From Felis catus (Eukaryota), in assembly GCF_018350175.1 (NCBI RefSeq), contig NC_058383.1, positions 930,001 through 994,000 on the forward strand: 64,000 nucleotides of DNA, written 5' to 3'. Position numbers and translations under genes: made by a program. The number at the start of each line of letters is the position of its first letter. Positions within the stretch are counted from its first letter, which is position 1. Shown piece by piece: positions 12,680 to 24,259 of this stretch. The notes under the pieces are model-generated. The model was not told the DNA's origin. It was given only the letters and a program-made list of their open reading frames with translations, and did no database searches.

Positions 12680-13364
12680 AAAGACGCCTATGGATGTTCG
12701 TAGGGGTAAATAACGTCTGGGATTTCAGCATGAAAAGAAATAAAAAGGTTTACAAAGAGTGGGAAGGGAAATAAATGTGCAGTCTCGATACTGAACCTGG
12801 ATGGTCATGGACTTGGAACTGAAAACCATCCAAAAGTCTACAGCCAAAATCACCGACCAAGTCTGAACACACATGTACCCCCTACATTGTTCTTAACGTC
12901 ACGAGACCAACCAGAGAAGCCACTTGAAATAACGGAACTCACGGAGAGGCGAGCTGCACCCCCCCCGCCGCCACCCCGTCCCCACTGACCTCAGCAGACC
13001 TCAGGGCAGGCTGGTCTCCAGAGGCCGTGCTGAGCGAGGCGTGGCCACGTGGAGAGCAGACAGCCTACTTCCAGGGTCACATGGGGAGAAAAGTCAGAAC
13101 CCTTCTGCTGTCCTTTGCCAGACGAGCCAGGAGCCTCTCTGGGGACCCAGACGGCCCAACTCTCTGGAGCAGCTCCCAGCAGGAGCGGCTGCCTGCGTGT
13201 GCTGGCCACTGTGGGCTCACCTGAGCTTCACGGGGGCAGGTGACCTGCTCACACCCTCACACGTGGTCAGAAACCAACTTCAAACTGTCTCCAGGGCGTG
13301 GCAGCACCAGAAAGAAACTCAGTTCATTTCTGAAAGGTATATCAACTTAAAAGACAGTAATTTA

Positions 13365-13578
13365 GCGGTGCCCCTTCAGTTAAGCATCTGACTTGGGCTC
13401 AGGTCACAATTTCGCCATTGGTGAGCTTGAGCCCCACGTCGAGCTCTGTGCTGACAGCTTGGAGCCTGGAGCCTGTTTCAGATTCTGTGTCTCCCTCTCT
13501 CTGACCCTCCCCCATTCATGCTCTGTCTCTCTCTGTCTCAAAAAAAACCAAATAAACGTTTAAAAAAAAAAAAAAAAA
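13365..13578 (+). mobile_element. CAN SINE in COX19 intron 2
   Basis: cagttaagcatctgacttgggctcaggtcac body, CT region, aataaacgtt and poly-A. Confidence 0.9.
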
Positions 13579-14089
13579 GCGAGCGCTGGTCAGTTCTGGT
13601 CAGGACAGAACAAACCTCCATGTTTCACCGTTTCTGAATGGCCCACTGTCTCCCCTGTCATATTTCAGGCACTGCCGAGCTACGTGGAACCAAACGGTAT
13701 TTTTATGGTCTGAGAACGTGAGAGGAAGAAACCCTGTGCCCACGGCCTGCACATCTTTTGACTCCGTCAGCATTTTTATGATGTACGATTCTGAAACCTT
13801 AATGACGGGTCAGCAGCTCCCAAATGTGCAAAGAAAACACTCAGGAATGCAACCCCGTAAGACGCGCTCCCTCTCCGCAGGGTCCCCGTGACTGTGAAAC
13901 CTTCGGTGCCACTGAATCTGGCAGGCCTCCGTTCCAGGGGCGAGCCACTCTACGTTCTCAAAGACAAAGGCTTGGAACCTGGGGGATGAATGAGGCCCGC
14001 TGCAATGACCTCTTGGGGGAAAAAAAAAAATGTTTCCATGGGAGTGGCTGGGAAGTTCCAGAAGTCGTTCATTGCCAGCAGGTACTTGC

Positions 14090-14201
14090 CTCTCCATTCT
14101 GCATTCTAAGTAGTCTTTCGACTCACTTCTGCACAAAGCATTTTCGAATCTATTGTCGCGGAGACACTTCATGAACTTCTCCTTAAAGCTTTTGCATTCG
14201 C
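14090..14201 (-). CDS. COX19: COX19 coding exon 2 (twin CX9C motif)
   Basis: Encodes [38 protein letters not shown]. Acceptor ttctag|GC, donor AG|gcaagt (GC-type), 112 nt. Confidence 0.96.
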
Positions 14202-14249
14202 CTAGAACGAAAAGGAAAAGAGCACCGAGTTTTCAAGTGAAAACGCGAC

Positions 14250-15200
14250 GCGGTGGGACAGCACGCGCACCCGCAGCCGTCCTTCCAGAACGAGCCTCCT
14301 TCACACTCACGCTGGAAAGGACTAGCCTACCGCGTGCCCCACGGTGCGGCGACCGCCCCTCCGCTGCGTGTTTGGGACACTGCAGGGGAAGGCGTCGGTT
14401 ACGAGAGAAATCTGCGGACCCACTTCCGGAGCCTTGGCTCGCACAGAGGCTCACCCCAAACGCGGACTTTCCAGGTCCGCGCGAGGCCCAGGTTGACAGC
14501 CTGCGGGCTTTGTGCGAGGCCGGGCGCGGGTCCCCCGGACGCCGGCAACGCTCTCCCTCGGGACGTCCTCCGCAACCTGTCGCCCCTCTTCCCGCAGGCC
14601 CGCCTCCGGGGTGGTGGCGGTGGGCCGCGGCGGGCCTCAGTTTCCCCACCTGCAACCGCGTGCGGACGCCAGCGCCCACGGGGCCGCACGGCGCCACCGG
14701 AGGAGACCCACGACCCGAGACTCGGCGCAGGAGCCCGGCGGCCGCCCGCCGCTCACCGAAGTGATCCAGCGGGAAGCTGCCCTTGTCCGGGGGCCGCGGC
14801 TGGAAGCTCTTGGACCCAAAATTCATGGCCGTCGACATGATGGCGGCGCCGGAGCCCCGGAGTAGGACGCGCGCCGTACGCAGGGCGGCGGGTCGAGCGC
14901 CGAGCGCGCCCCGCGAGAGCGCCGAGCACGTCGAGCGGCGAACGGCCGCGGGCGGCAAGCCCCGCCCCCGCCGCCCAGGCCCCGCCCCCACGCTGCAGGG
15001 CCCCGTCTTCGCCTCGAAGGCCACGCCCGTTATTGACCGGGCTCCTCTCCACCGACGGGACCGGTCCCCCTCGCCACACGGGCCCCGCCCGGGCATGCCC
15101 TCCCCCCATCAGGCCCCGCCCCCGCCCCAGGGGCCTCCGAAAGGCCCTGATCCAGGCTGCTCTGCCGGGTCCTTGCCAGGCTGACCCTCACAGCGACCGA
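14250..15200 (-). promoter_or_regulatory. COX19: COX19 CpG-island promoter
   Basis: Dense CpG, several GC boxes (gccccgcccc), YY1-like cgccgccatc next to the ATG, ETS-like cacttccgg in intron 1. Confidence 0.85.
14757..14838 (-). CDS. COX19: COX19 coding exon 1 ([28 protein letters not shown])
   Basis: Kozak-like gccgccatcATG, donor G|gtgagc. The three exons total 279 nt, i.e. 92 aa plus stop. Confidence 0.97.
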
Positions 15201-15384
15201 GGGGCAGAGTCCGGCGTCATGTCCTTATGAGGAAACGGAAGTCCAGAGAGGCTGGACTTTACCCAGACACACAGCTTGAGACGACAAGAAGCCCAAGGGC
15301 GAGTGCACTCGGCAGGCTGTGCGGGTGGCTGTGCATCCCCAGGTGTCTGGGGGGGGGGGGGCTCAGCTGGTGACAAGGAAGGAG

Positions 15385-15834
15385 TGAGGGCCACCACAAC
15401 AAAGTCCCACACCCTGGGCCGCTTCAGCTACAGAAAAGTGGTCGCTCCGGGTTCTGGAGGCCGGATGTCCCACACGGAGGAGGTGCGGCGGGGCTGGCTC
15501 CTCCTGGAGGTTCTGGGAGAGCCGGCTCCAGGCTGCCCTCCCCCGCCCCCCAGCTGCAGGTGGCTGGCAGGCAGTCTTGGGGGCTGCTGGGCCACTGGGC
15601 CTTGCTTCCGCCTTCACCCTCCCACGGCATCCCCCTGTGTGTCTGTGTCCAGAGGTCCTCCTCTTGTGAGGACGCAGGTCAGACTAGGCTAGGGCCCACC
15701 CTAATGACTTCATCATAACTAATTACATCTGCGACGACACTGTTTACCAAAGAGGTCACCTCCTAAGGTACTGGGGGCTAGGACTCCAACATATGAAGTG
15801 GTGGGGGAGGGGTGGTGCAGTTCAACCTATAACA
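15385..15834 (-). mobile_element. MLT1A/B-like LTR
   Basis: gttctggaggccggatgtcc, agggcccaccctaatgacttcatc...aattacatctgc and ttcaacctataaca terminus. Confidence 0.8.
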
Positions 15835-17725
15835 GAATAAAAGTCAGCTCTGGCAACCGCTTGTCATTGTCGTATGGCAACAATACCAACAGTGAAAGGG
15901 CTCAGTGGAGACCCCAGCTCTCCCAGGCTGAGCCTCCTCCCAGCGCTGTACCCTGCACAGTCACCCCTCTTCCCCAACTGGGCATCCCGATTTCATCTGA
16001 ACGGAGGAAGTGCGTCACTGCCCCACCCCCAACCAGCGCCCCTGGGCTCCAGAACTCTTGTCATGAGCTCCAAACTTCATCCATGCCCCCCGAGGGCCAA
16101 CCACACACCAGGCCTTGGAGATAAGCAAATTGGGTCCTCAGTCACACAGCTCACCAGCTGCACCCCCCCCCCCCCCGCGCCCCCCTCCCCCGCCGGTTCC
16201 TGACACGATCCTGCACCACACCTCCTCCTGATGCCAGCAACTGAGGGGCCCTGCCGAGAAGTGCCCGGCCAACAAGCCCTCACAGCCCCCACCTCAGGGC
16301 CCGCCCCCTCCTCGAGTCCTGCCCTGAGGCATCCAGCTCCCCACTCGCTCCTGCCTCTCTGCAGGGCACAGCAGTGGATCTCCGTGCCTCACGTGACATT
16401 GGGCTGTGTGTCGTGCGGCGCGTGGAGCTGGGCCCTAGTGTTTGTAGGGTCCGGTGGGGCCGCAGGGAAAGCTCGTTCCGGTTGCTGGGGCCTCGATCAG
16501 CCTGGTGTTCTGTACCCACTAAAAACTACAAAAGGAAAATGGCACCTTGATCTTGTCACCTAAAAGACTGTTTTACGTGGCTAGCACCAGGGGCCACGCG
16601 CTGGGTTATTCATTAATATGTTTCCAGGGCCGTGAACAAAAGACGCTTTTATTACCCAGCAAATAGCACTTTTCCACTTGACTAGATCACAGTACTTAGC
16701 AGGAAAAAGGACAGCCCAGCCCCCCCAATGTTTCCTTGCAGCCTCTCTGTCCGACGGCCCTGAGGGACCAATGAAGCATTGCAGGCCCCGTGACCTAGAG
16801 GCGACAGCCAGCTTTTAATTGACATGTCCGTACCTGGCAAATGATTATTGCTCTATATGACACGTTTGGCCGGGAGAGGACGAAGGGATTTTCATCTCTG
16901 GTGCACAGATACAAAAAGTGGGGGAGGGCCTTCTGTGCCAGGGTGCTTCACATGGGATTGTCACAACAGCGTCTGGTGCGCAGGGGACGTCCCGTTACTA
17001 GTCTTTAAAGGACGAGCCCAGCTAGGCAGTATTCTTACCCTCGTTTCACACATAGAGACACCCAGAGACGTTAAATTCCTCGTCCAAGGTCACGCAGCCT
17101 GCACACGAGCTATCTAGCTCCGTGTCACGAACGGCCCGAACTCAGAGGTGCAAAACAGCAATCTGCTTTTGCACGAGAACTTGGAGCGTGGGCTGGCCTT
17201 GGAGAAGGCCCACGTGGCATCGGCTGGGGTTGCTCAACCTCAGGCTGGGACCCACTTCAAGACGGTGCACTCCTGGGGCTGGGAGCACTGCCTCTATCAG
17301 GGCCAAACGCCCCCAGCCAGATGCCAGGGCCGGGAGCCCGCTCCCGACGGGGAGGAGGGCAGAGTCACATTGTACGAACAGCCCCTGGATGGAACCTTGC
17401 CTGAAACTTTCTCTGGTCTTTCCACTTTAATAAATTCTGCTGCCAAAGCGTTCTTTTCTAAAGGCTGAAACCGTAGTTCCAGTAGAAACATAAACGGCCC
17501 CTGTGTCGGAGTCTCATTTAACGCCTGGGTGCAGGAGTGTGGCCCGATGGCAAAGCTGGTTCCAAGAAGGGCGCCCCGGCCCCGATATAGCCGCGTGCGG
17601 TCAGAGAAAGAAAAAACATGCCAGAGTCAGATTGCTAAACTGGGCCTAGAACAGGTTAATCCCTCACAGGGCAATAAACCACAACCTTCGGGATGATCTT
17701 TTCTGCCAGACAGGAACGATTTGCA

Positions 17726-17947
17726 TTTTTTTTTAATTTTTTTTAACGTTTATTTATTTTTGAGACAGAGAGAGACAGAGCATGAGCAGGGGAGGGGCAG
17801 AGAGAGAGGGAGACACAGAATCGGAAGCAGGCTCCAGGCTCCGAGCTGTCAGCACAGAGCCCGACGTGGGGCTCGAAGTCATGAACCACGAGATCATGAC
17901 CTGAGCTGAAGTCGGACGCTGAACCGACTGAGCCACCCAGGTGCCCC
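17726..17947 (-). mobile_element. Young CAN SINE with TSD
   Basis: Full element. TSD ggaacgatttgcattttt at 17713-17730 and 17950-17967. Confidence 0.95.
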
Positions 17948-18194
17948 ATGGAACGATTTGCATTTTTACAGGAACGCCAATCACTTGCAGCTTTTCTGTT
18001 TGCTCCATGTGAACGTCTGGCTTGAGGGCACCTGGGCTGGGTCAGTAATAAATGGTAAGTCACATGTAGTTGAATGATACTCAGGCAGACTGGCTAGACT
18101 GCGACTTCGAGAACACAGTGCAAGGACCCAGTGTCACCCACTTGCCTGACTCCTGCCTATTGGGAATTGTTCTGAACATTCCTTATAGGAGTCT

Positions 18195-18576
18195 CAGGGC
18201 CACTGTAACAAAGCACCAAAAACTGGGGGCTTAACCACCAGAAAATGGTTCTCTCCCACTTCTAGAGGCTGAACTTGAGGTGGGCGTTCCCCGCGAGGGC
18301 CAGAGGCGGGGGTGGGGGTCCTCCCGCCTCTTCCAGCTCCCGGTGGCCCTGGTTCCCGGCCTGTGGCCACACGCTCCATGGTGTCCCCAGGGTCACCTGG
18401 CCTTCTTCCCTCTGTGTCTGTCTTCTACTTTTCTGTCTCTTATGAGGACACCCCCACCCTAATCCAGGATGACCTCCTCTAAACTTGATCTGCAAAGACC
18501 CTATTTATAGATAAGATCCCATTCTGACATTCGAGGGAGACATGAATTCCGGGGGGGCCATTCTGCCCAGGACACT
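18195..18576 (-). mobile_element. MLT1B/C-like LTR
   Basis: ctgtaacaaagcaccaaaaactgggggcttaaccaccagaaa, taatccaggatgacctc and atctgcaaagaccctattt motifs. Confidence 0.8.
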
Positions 18577-18766
18577 GCTCCGGATAGTTTGCGGTGGTTT
18601 TCCCAACTGGCACAGAACAGTGAGGTCCAGATGCCATGAGACATGGAGGGAGGTCCCTGTAGGTGGTTGGAGGGTCCTTTCTGGAGCCCAGGAGGTGTGG
18701 GCAGGGCCCTGAAGCTCGGGAATCTGGAGCTTGAAAGTTGTTCTTCGTGCAGAGAAAATCAGTGTT

Positions 18767-19309
18767 CCCAAGGTAGGAACAGCCACACCCATGGGCGCCC
18801 CACCTGAGGGCACACTCGTGCGCTAGTCCAGGTCCCTCTGTCACCAGACCTCTGCTTCCTGGTGCTGCTCCCAGGGGCACCTGCCTCCTCCCCACCCCCA
18901 CTCTGGCTGCCCCCAAACCTGGCTCTCCTGTAGGCACTCATCAAATGCTGCCTCCTCCGAGGAGCCCTCCTGGCCTGACACTCCTGGCCCCCTGCTCCTT
19001 GCATGGCCCATCTGCTTCCCCGCAGGGTGGGGTCTTTCTCTCTTCCCTAAGGCAGGGTGGGCACTTGGGCCTACCCAGGCTGGGACACGGACCTCCTACC
19101 CCACCGGGGGCCTGGAAAACGGGCTCAGCTTCCCCTGAGGTGGGGCTGGGCTGCCCAGGCGGCCGGAGCCCTGACCTACCTCCATCAGTGACCGGTCCTG
19201 CTGTGACACGCACGGCAAGTGCGGGTTTCCGATGAGCGGCAGTGGGCGTGGCCCAGGGGGCCAGCGAGGGCCTGGGGAGGGGGTGCGGGTGTGGGCTCGG
19301 AGCAGCCCC
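18767..19309 (-). pseudogene. Inverted partial duplicate of CYP2W1 exon 1 (codons 16-58, donor intact) plus ~410 bp of intron 1
   Basis: Reverse complement of 22353-22904, ~97% identical by hand alignment. Encodes GLLRAHTRTPSPGPRWPPGPRPLPLIGNPHLPCVSQQDRSLME|gtaggt. Confidence 0.93.
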
Positions 19310-22261
19310 GCGTGGAACCCAGAAGCCCCCACCCAGCCTGGGCATCGAGTGGGGGCAGTACAAGGAGCAGCCGCGGAGGAGGCAGAGGAGATGGGAACGC
19401 AGGCCGGGAGGCGAGGGTCCCTCCCAACGCCACCCACACGGGTGTGGGTCAGCGGGAGGGACGGTGGGAGCATCTGCCAGAATCAGCAGCCCCTTGGCTC
19501 GGGGATTCTGGTTCTAGGAACTGATTTTGCAGCACAAAGAAACGCGCACCCAGGATGTTTTTGACCCAGAGACAGTGCAACAGAGAGGAGACGAGGCAGC
19601 GGTCCCAGAGGAGGAGGCTGCTGTCTGATCCCGCCACGCTGTCACCTTACAAATAAAGAGCAACTGAACAGAGGGAGGGGGACAGGGCAGCAGGAGACAG
19701 GACGTCCGCCTTCTGGAAGTTGGCCAAGGCCAGGGCTTCCTGGCTGTCTACGGGTCTCAGCTCCGCACAGGAGCTGTTTGGTACATTAATAAATGAAAGC
19801 GTCAACACAACCGAAAAAGGCACACGATGACGGTGCGTGCCGGAGTGTTTCTGGAAGGATGCATGAGAGAGGGGCTCTGTGGGCGCCCCGGCGGGTCCGA
19901 CTCCCCGGCTGGGGCACGTGCATTGTCTGTTTCAATGGAAAAGTATCCAAAGAAACACCTGAGCAGAAAGCCTTCTGGAGCTGGGGTGCCTTGATGGGGG
20001 AGGGAAGGGCCCACGGACGTGCAACCTCCAGTCTCTGCAGGGGCGGGTCTCCAGGTGAGACCACCCTGGGCGGGGGCTGGCGACAAGGGACGGCCGCCCA
20101 CACCACCGTGGGACTTCTGGGCCCGCCAGCCACAGCGTGTTTCTGGTGTTTTAAACACCTGGTTGTGGGTGGCTTTGTGCAGCCCCAGGACTCACATTGG
20201 TTCGAGCGTGGGGCCCCTGGGGACCTGAGCAGGACCCTTCCAGTGCTGGGGGGTAGGGAGTGGGCGGGGGAGCAGCCATGGGGTTGGGGGGCAGCCGCCG
20301 TCTCTAGAAGTTGCAGAGGAAGGGCCGTGGCAGGGTGGGGGGGGGCGAGCAGAGATGCAGATATGCTGGGAGATTCCGCCGGGCACCCCCAGCTTCCTCT
20401 TTCCGGGGCCTGGATGTAAGGGAGCCCTTGACACTCATGTTGCCTGGAAAAATTCAAGGCCAAGCACCCAGTTCCACCCTTGTGAACCGGATTTGACTCT
20501 GTCGACCAGGGGCTCCAGCCCCGCAGGCCGGGCTCTAAGAAGCTCCGGGTGCCCAGCTGGCCTCCCCTGGGCTCACCCAACGCACAGGGGCCTGCCTGCC
20601 ACATCCCGTGGTCACATGCCCCTGGCTGGGTCCACGCTAAACCCCAGAAAACACCACGCGGTCAGGATGCCCACAGGGCTGAGTCTCATTCCCAAGTCTG
20701 AGCCCCTCACCACCACACCCCACCGCCCCCCCCCTCCAGCAGCCGGCCAATCAGAGTGGTGGATCACAGTGCCCCCAGCCTCCCCTGCAGGGACCCGGGC
20801 GGTGGCACCCAGGTGGCTCACAGGAGCCCAGGCCTCAGCAACCTGAAAGAGGAGGCCACGGAAGATGGAGCCCCCACCCCAGGGACCCCGAGTTCCCGCC
20901 TCCTGCGCTTCCAGCCACGGATCTCCAGCCTCACGCCCCCCACCCAGCTCCTTGCTGGCACGGGGCCTCTGGGCTTTGCACACGCTGTTCCCTCTGCTGG
21001 AGTGCCCCGCCGCTTGGCGACTTGACTCTGGTCCCAATACCTCAGAAGTTTGCAGTGGCACGGCCACTGCCACGTGGGTCTCTTCCGCTGGACTTGGGGG
21101 CCATGTTTGGATCCCTGACCACCGATTACTATGGCCCCAGCTGCTGGCTGAGCCTATAGCACACACACATACTCCGGAAACGCTTGTGGAATTAATTCAG
21201 TGGACTGTCCCGGGCAGAGAGGAGCCCCAGCCGAAGCACCTAGCAGCGGCCTTGGTACCGGGCACTCAGCCCAGACGACCCAGAGACGCAGCCGCTGGAG
21301 AACCATCCTCCATCACAGAAGCCCCACAGCTGTGCGACAGGGCAGCCCGCCCGAAAGCCAGCGAGCTCCCCGTCACGGGACGTGTGCAAATTGAGGCTGG
21401 AAGCACGTACGGGCCTACGGGCCGCTTCGGCTCAGGGTGTGGGGAGGGGCGTGGACGGTACCCCGGAGACAGGCCTCGCAGCGAGGGGCCCGGCGTGGGG
21501 CTGGGGTTCCAACTCCTCATGTTGGGGCAGGAGGTGTGGAGCAGGCCCAGCCACTTCTGATGCCAACGGCCCTCCCACCCCTCACGGCTCCTTCCACGGC
21601 GGGGCCTCCTTCCCTCCCAGCAGGGGCACTGGGGTTAAGGAGCCCAGAGTTCACGCAGCACAGACACATGGGGGCTCATAAGCCTGGCCGGCCGTCACCC
21701 ACTCTGCCCCTGCCCCGTCCTGCATAGACCAGTGCCTCCTGCCCCAGGTGACAGGAGCAGGTTGTCACCCAGGGAAAGTTTGCCATCTGAGACACGGCAG
21801 GGGACCCTCTGGTAGCCTCTGAAGGCCCTGGGGTTTGAGGTGTTTGCTGTGCAGACCTTCGAGAGCCATCCATGGGGTCTCCACAGACCTCCTACCCCAT
21901 GGGTCCTGTCGAGGGAGGCTCAGAGCTCCCCTCAGAGCTCGGGCCCAGCTCCCAAAGCCCCATAAGCCCCAGTTCTGATGGGGAGACTGAGGCAGGAAGC
22001 AGAGGCTGATGGGAGGGGCACAGTGGCCACCACGGCGTCTTCTCTCCAGCAGGCAAGGGACGGAGACGCCTTACGCACAAGGTCTAGACGGCGGCCCCCC
22101 AGACGGCCCCTGGCGTCCTGGCTCCCTGCCACAGACGCGACCCCACATTCCACGCACGCCTGTCACTTTAAGCTGCCTGGCTGTCCCCTGTGAACCGCTC
22201 GGTCCACATTCTCTGGGTGGAGGGGCGAGGTCCTGGCACGCCCTCCCCCTGCCCGACAGCC

Positions 22262-22267
22262 TATAAG
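22262..22267 (+). promoter_or_regulatory. CYP2W1: TATA-like box of CYP2W1
   Basis: cTATAAGg 47 bp upstream of the ATG in GC-rich context, with GC-box-like ggggcgag upstream. Confidence 0.7.
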
Positions 22268-22308
22268 GCACAAGGTGGGGAGCTGGGGCCTCGCCGCCCG
22301 CCGTCCTC

Positions 22309-22482
22309 ATGGCCCTGCTGCTCGTGGGGCTCCTGCTGCTCCTGGGGCTCTGGGGGCTGCTCCGAGCCCACACCCGCACCCCCTCCCCAGCCCCTCGCTG
22401 GCCCCCTGGGCCACGCCCACTGCCGCTCATCGGAAACCTGCATTTGCTGTGCGTGTCACAGCAGGACCGGTCACTGATGGAG
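22309..22482 (+). CDS. CYP2W1: CYP2W1 exon 1 (signal anchor, PPGP hinge)
   Basis: MALLLVGLLLLLGLWGLLRA...WPPGPRPLPLIGNLHLL...SLME, donor gtaggt, 174 nt. Confidence 0.96.
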
Positions 22483-23798
22483 GTAGGTCAGGGCTCCGGC
22501 CGCCTGGGCAGCCCAGCCCCACCTCAGGGGAAGCTGAGCCCGTTTTCCAGGCCCCCGGTGGGGTAGGAGGTCCGTGTCCCAGCCTGGGTAGGCCCAAGTG
22601 CCCACCCCGCCTTGGGGAAGAGAGAAGGACACCCCCCCCCCGCCCCCGCGGGGAAGCAGATGGGCCATGCAGGGAGCAGGGGGCCAGGAGTGTCAGGCCA
22701 GGAGGGCTCCTTGGAGGAGGCAGCATTTGATGAGTGCCTACAGGAGAGCCAGGTTTGGGGGCAGCCAGAGTGGGGGTGGGGAGGAGGCAGGTGCCCCTGG
22801 GAGCAGCACCAGGAAGCAGAGGTCTGGTGACAGAGGGACCTGGACTAGCGCACGAGTGTGCCGTCAGGTGGGGCGCCCGCGGGTGTGGCTGTTCCCACCC
22901 TGGGCTGGAGGCTGGACAGTCCTGGCCCCAGGTCGCCGGCCGGCTGCCCTGCCCTGCAGCCAGGAGACTGATGGCCCGGCGCTCGCCCGACCAGGGCTAT
23001 CCAGCCACTCCTGGGCCGCTTACGGCTCCTATGACCACCCTCCCTGCTTCCCCAGAAATGCAGCTACTTCCAGAAACCTCCTAGTGGCTGCCTGGCGGCC
23101 CCCCAGGCCCTGGATGTGGGAGGAGAAGAGGGGGCTGCGGGCCTGGCCCCTCGGGGGCACCTCTCCAGGAAGCACCCTGGGCCCCCGAGTCTCAGGCCGT
23201 GCCCAGCGCTGGGCCCGTAGGCCACACTCCGGCATGCGGGGAGCAGAGCGGGTGTGGACAGGAAGGGCGGGCCTCTCTGTCCCTCAGTGTGTGTGACTGG
23301 CCGCAACTCACTTGTTGCCTCTGGGCCTCAGTTTCCCCATCTGTAAAGGCACAGAAGGGCAATGGCCCCAGGCGGCGGCCTTGGAGGCCAGCCTTAGCCA
23401 CGTATTGTCGTTCTGTGCCCCGGGGGGTCAGCGTGGGGGAAACTGAGTGGTCGAGGCCACCCGGGCACTGCTGCCATCCATCTGGGTTTCAGTGCTAGGG
23501 GTGCCTGAGCAGGGGCGGGGCCTCTGGGGGTCAAGCTTGGGAGGCCGCCCCGCAGACAGCCCCTCTTACCAATGGCAGCCCCTCCCCTGCCTTCCCGGAA
23601 TGGATGGGGAGGGGGCATGGGCCAGCACACCTCCTGCTTTTTGGCTCCTGGACCTTTATTCTGCCTGCTCTCCACCGGCCCAGTTCCCACAGACCCCGCC
23701 TAGGCCACCCCTGGCTCTGAGTCCCCCTGAGCCCGCCCCGCACAGGTGCAGTCTTGGAGGGGGGGGGGCGCTGGCTGATTCCTGCCCGTCCCCACCAG

Positions 23799-23961
23799 CT
23801 TTCGGAACGGTACGGGCCGGTGTTCACTGTGCACTTGGGGCTCCAGAAGACGGTGGTGCTGGCCGGCTACGAGGCCGTGAGGGAGGCCCTGGTGGGCACC
23901 GGGTCAAAGCTGGCCGACCGACCCCCCGTCGCCGTCTTCCAGCTCATCCAGGGCGGTGGGG
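23799..23961 (+). CDS. CYP2W1: CYP2W1 exon 2
   Basis: LSERYGPVFTVHLGLQKTVVLAGYEAVREALVG, AG/GT borders, 163 nt. Confidence 0.96.
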
Positions 23962-24259
23962 GTAGGTGTGCCGCGTGGGGTGCGGAGGGGGCGGAGGACG
24001 GCGGAGCACGGGAGTCCCCGGACCCCGGGGAGGGGGTCTGCGTCTCTGAGCCGCGGGAGACAGTGTGCCCAGTGTGGCTCCCGGGGAGGGACACGGTGTC
24101 CACGGGGCAGGAGACCAGCATGCACCGAGAGGGGACGAGGCTCGCCAAGGCCAGCTCTTGGCAGAAGGGGCTCGGGCATGGGGGCGAGGCCCTCGACGTC
24201 GGGTCTGCCCCATCTGCTCCCTGCCTGCGTCACTCAGCGGCGACTTGCCCGGCCCGCAG

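Noticed and set aside
14233..15096. 287-aa ORF spanning COX19 exon 1
   Set aside because: Only the 82-nt exon is homologous; the rest is open because of CpG-island composition.
18767..19309. A second functional CYP2W gene
   Set aside because: Only part of exon 1 and intron 1 is copied; no exons 2-9 were found downstream on the minus strand.
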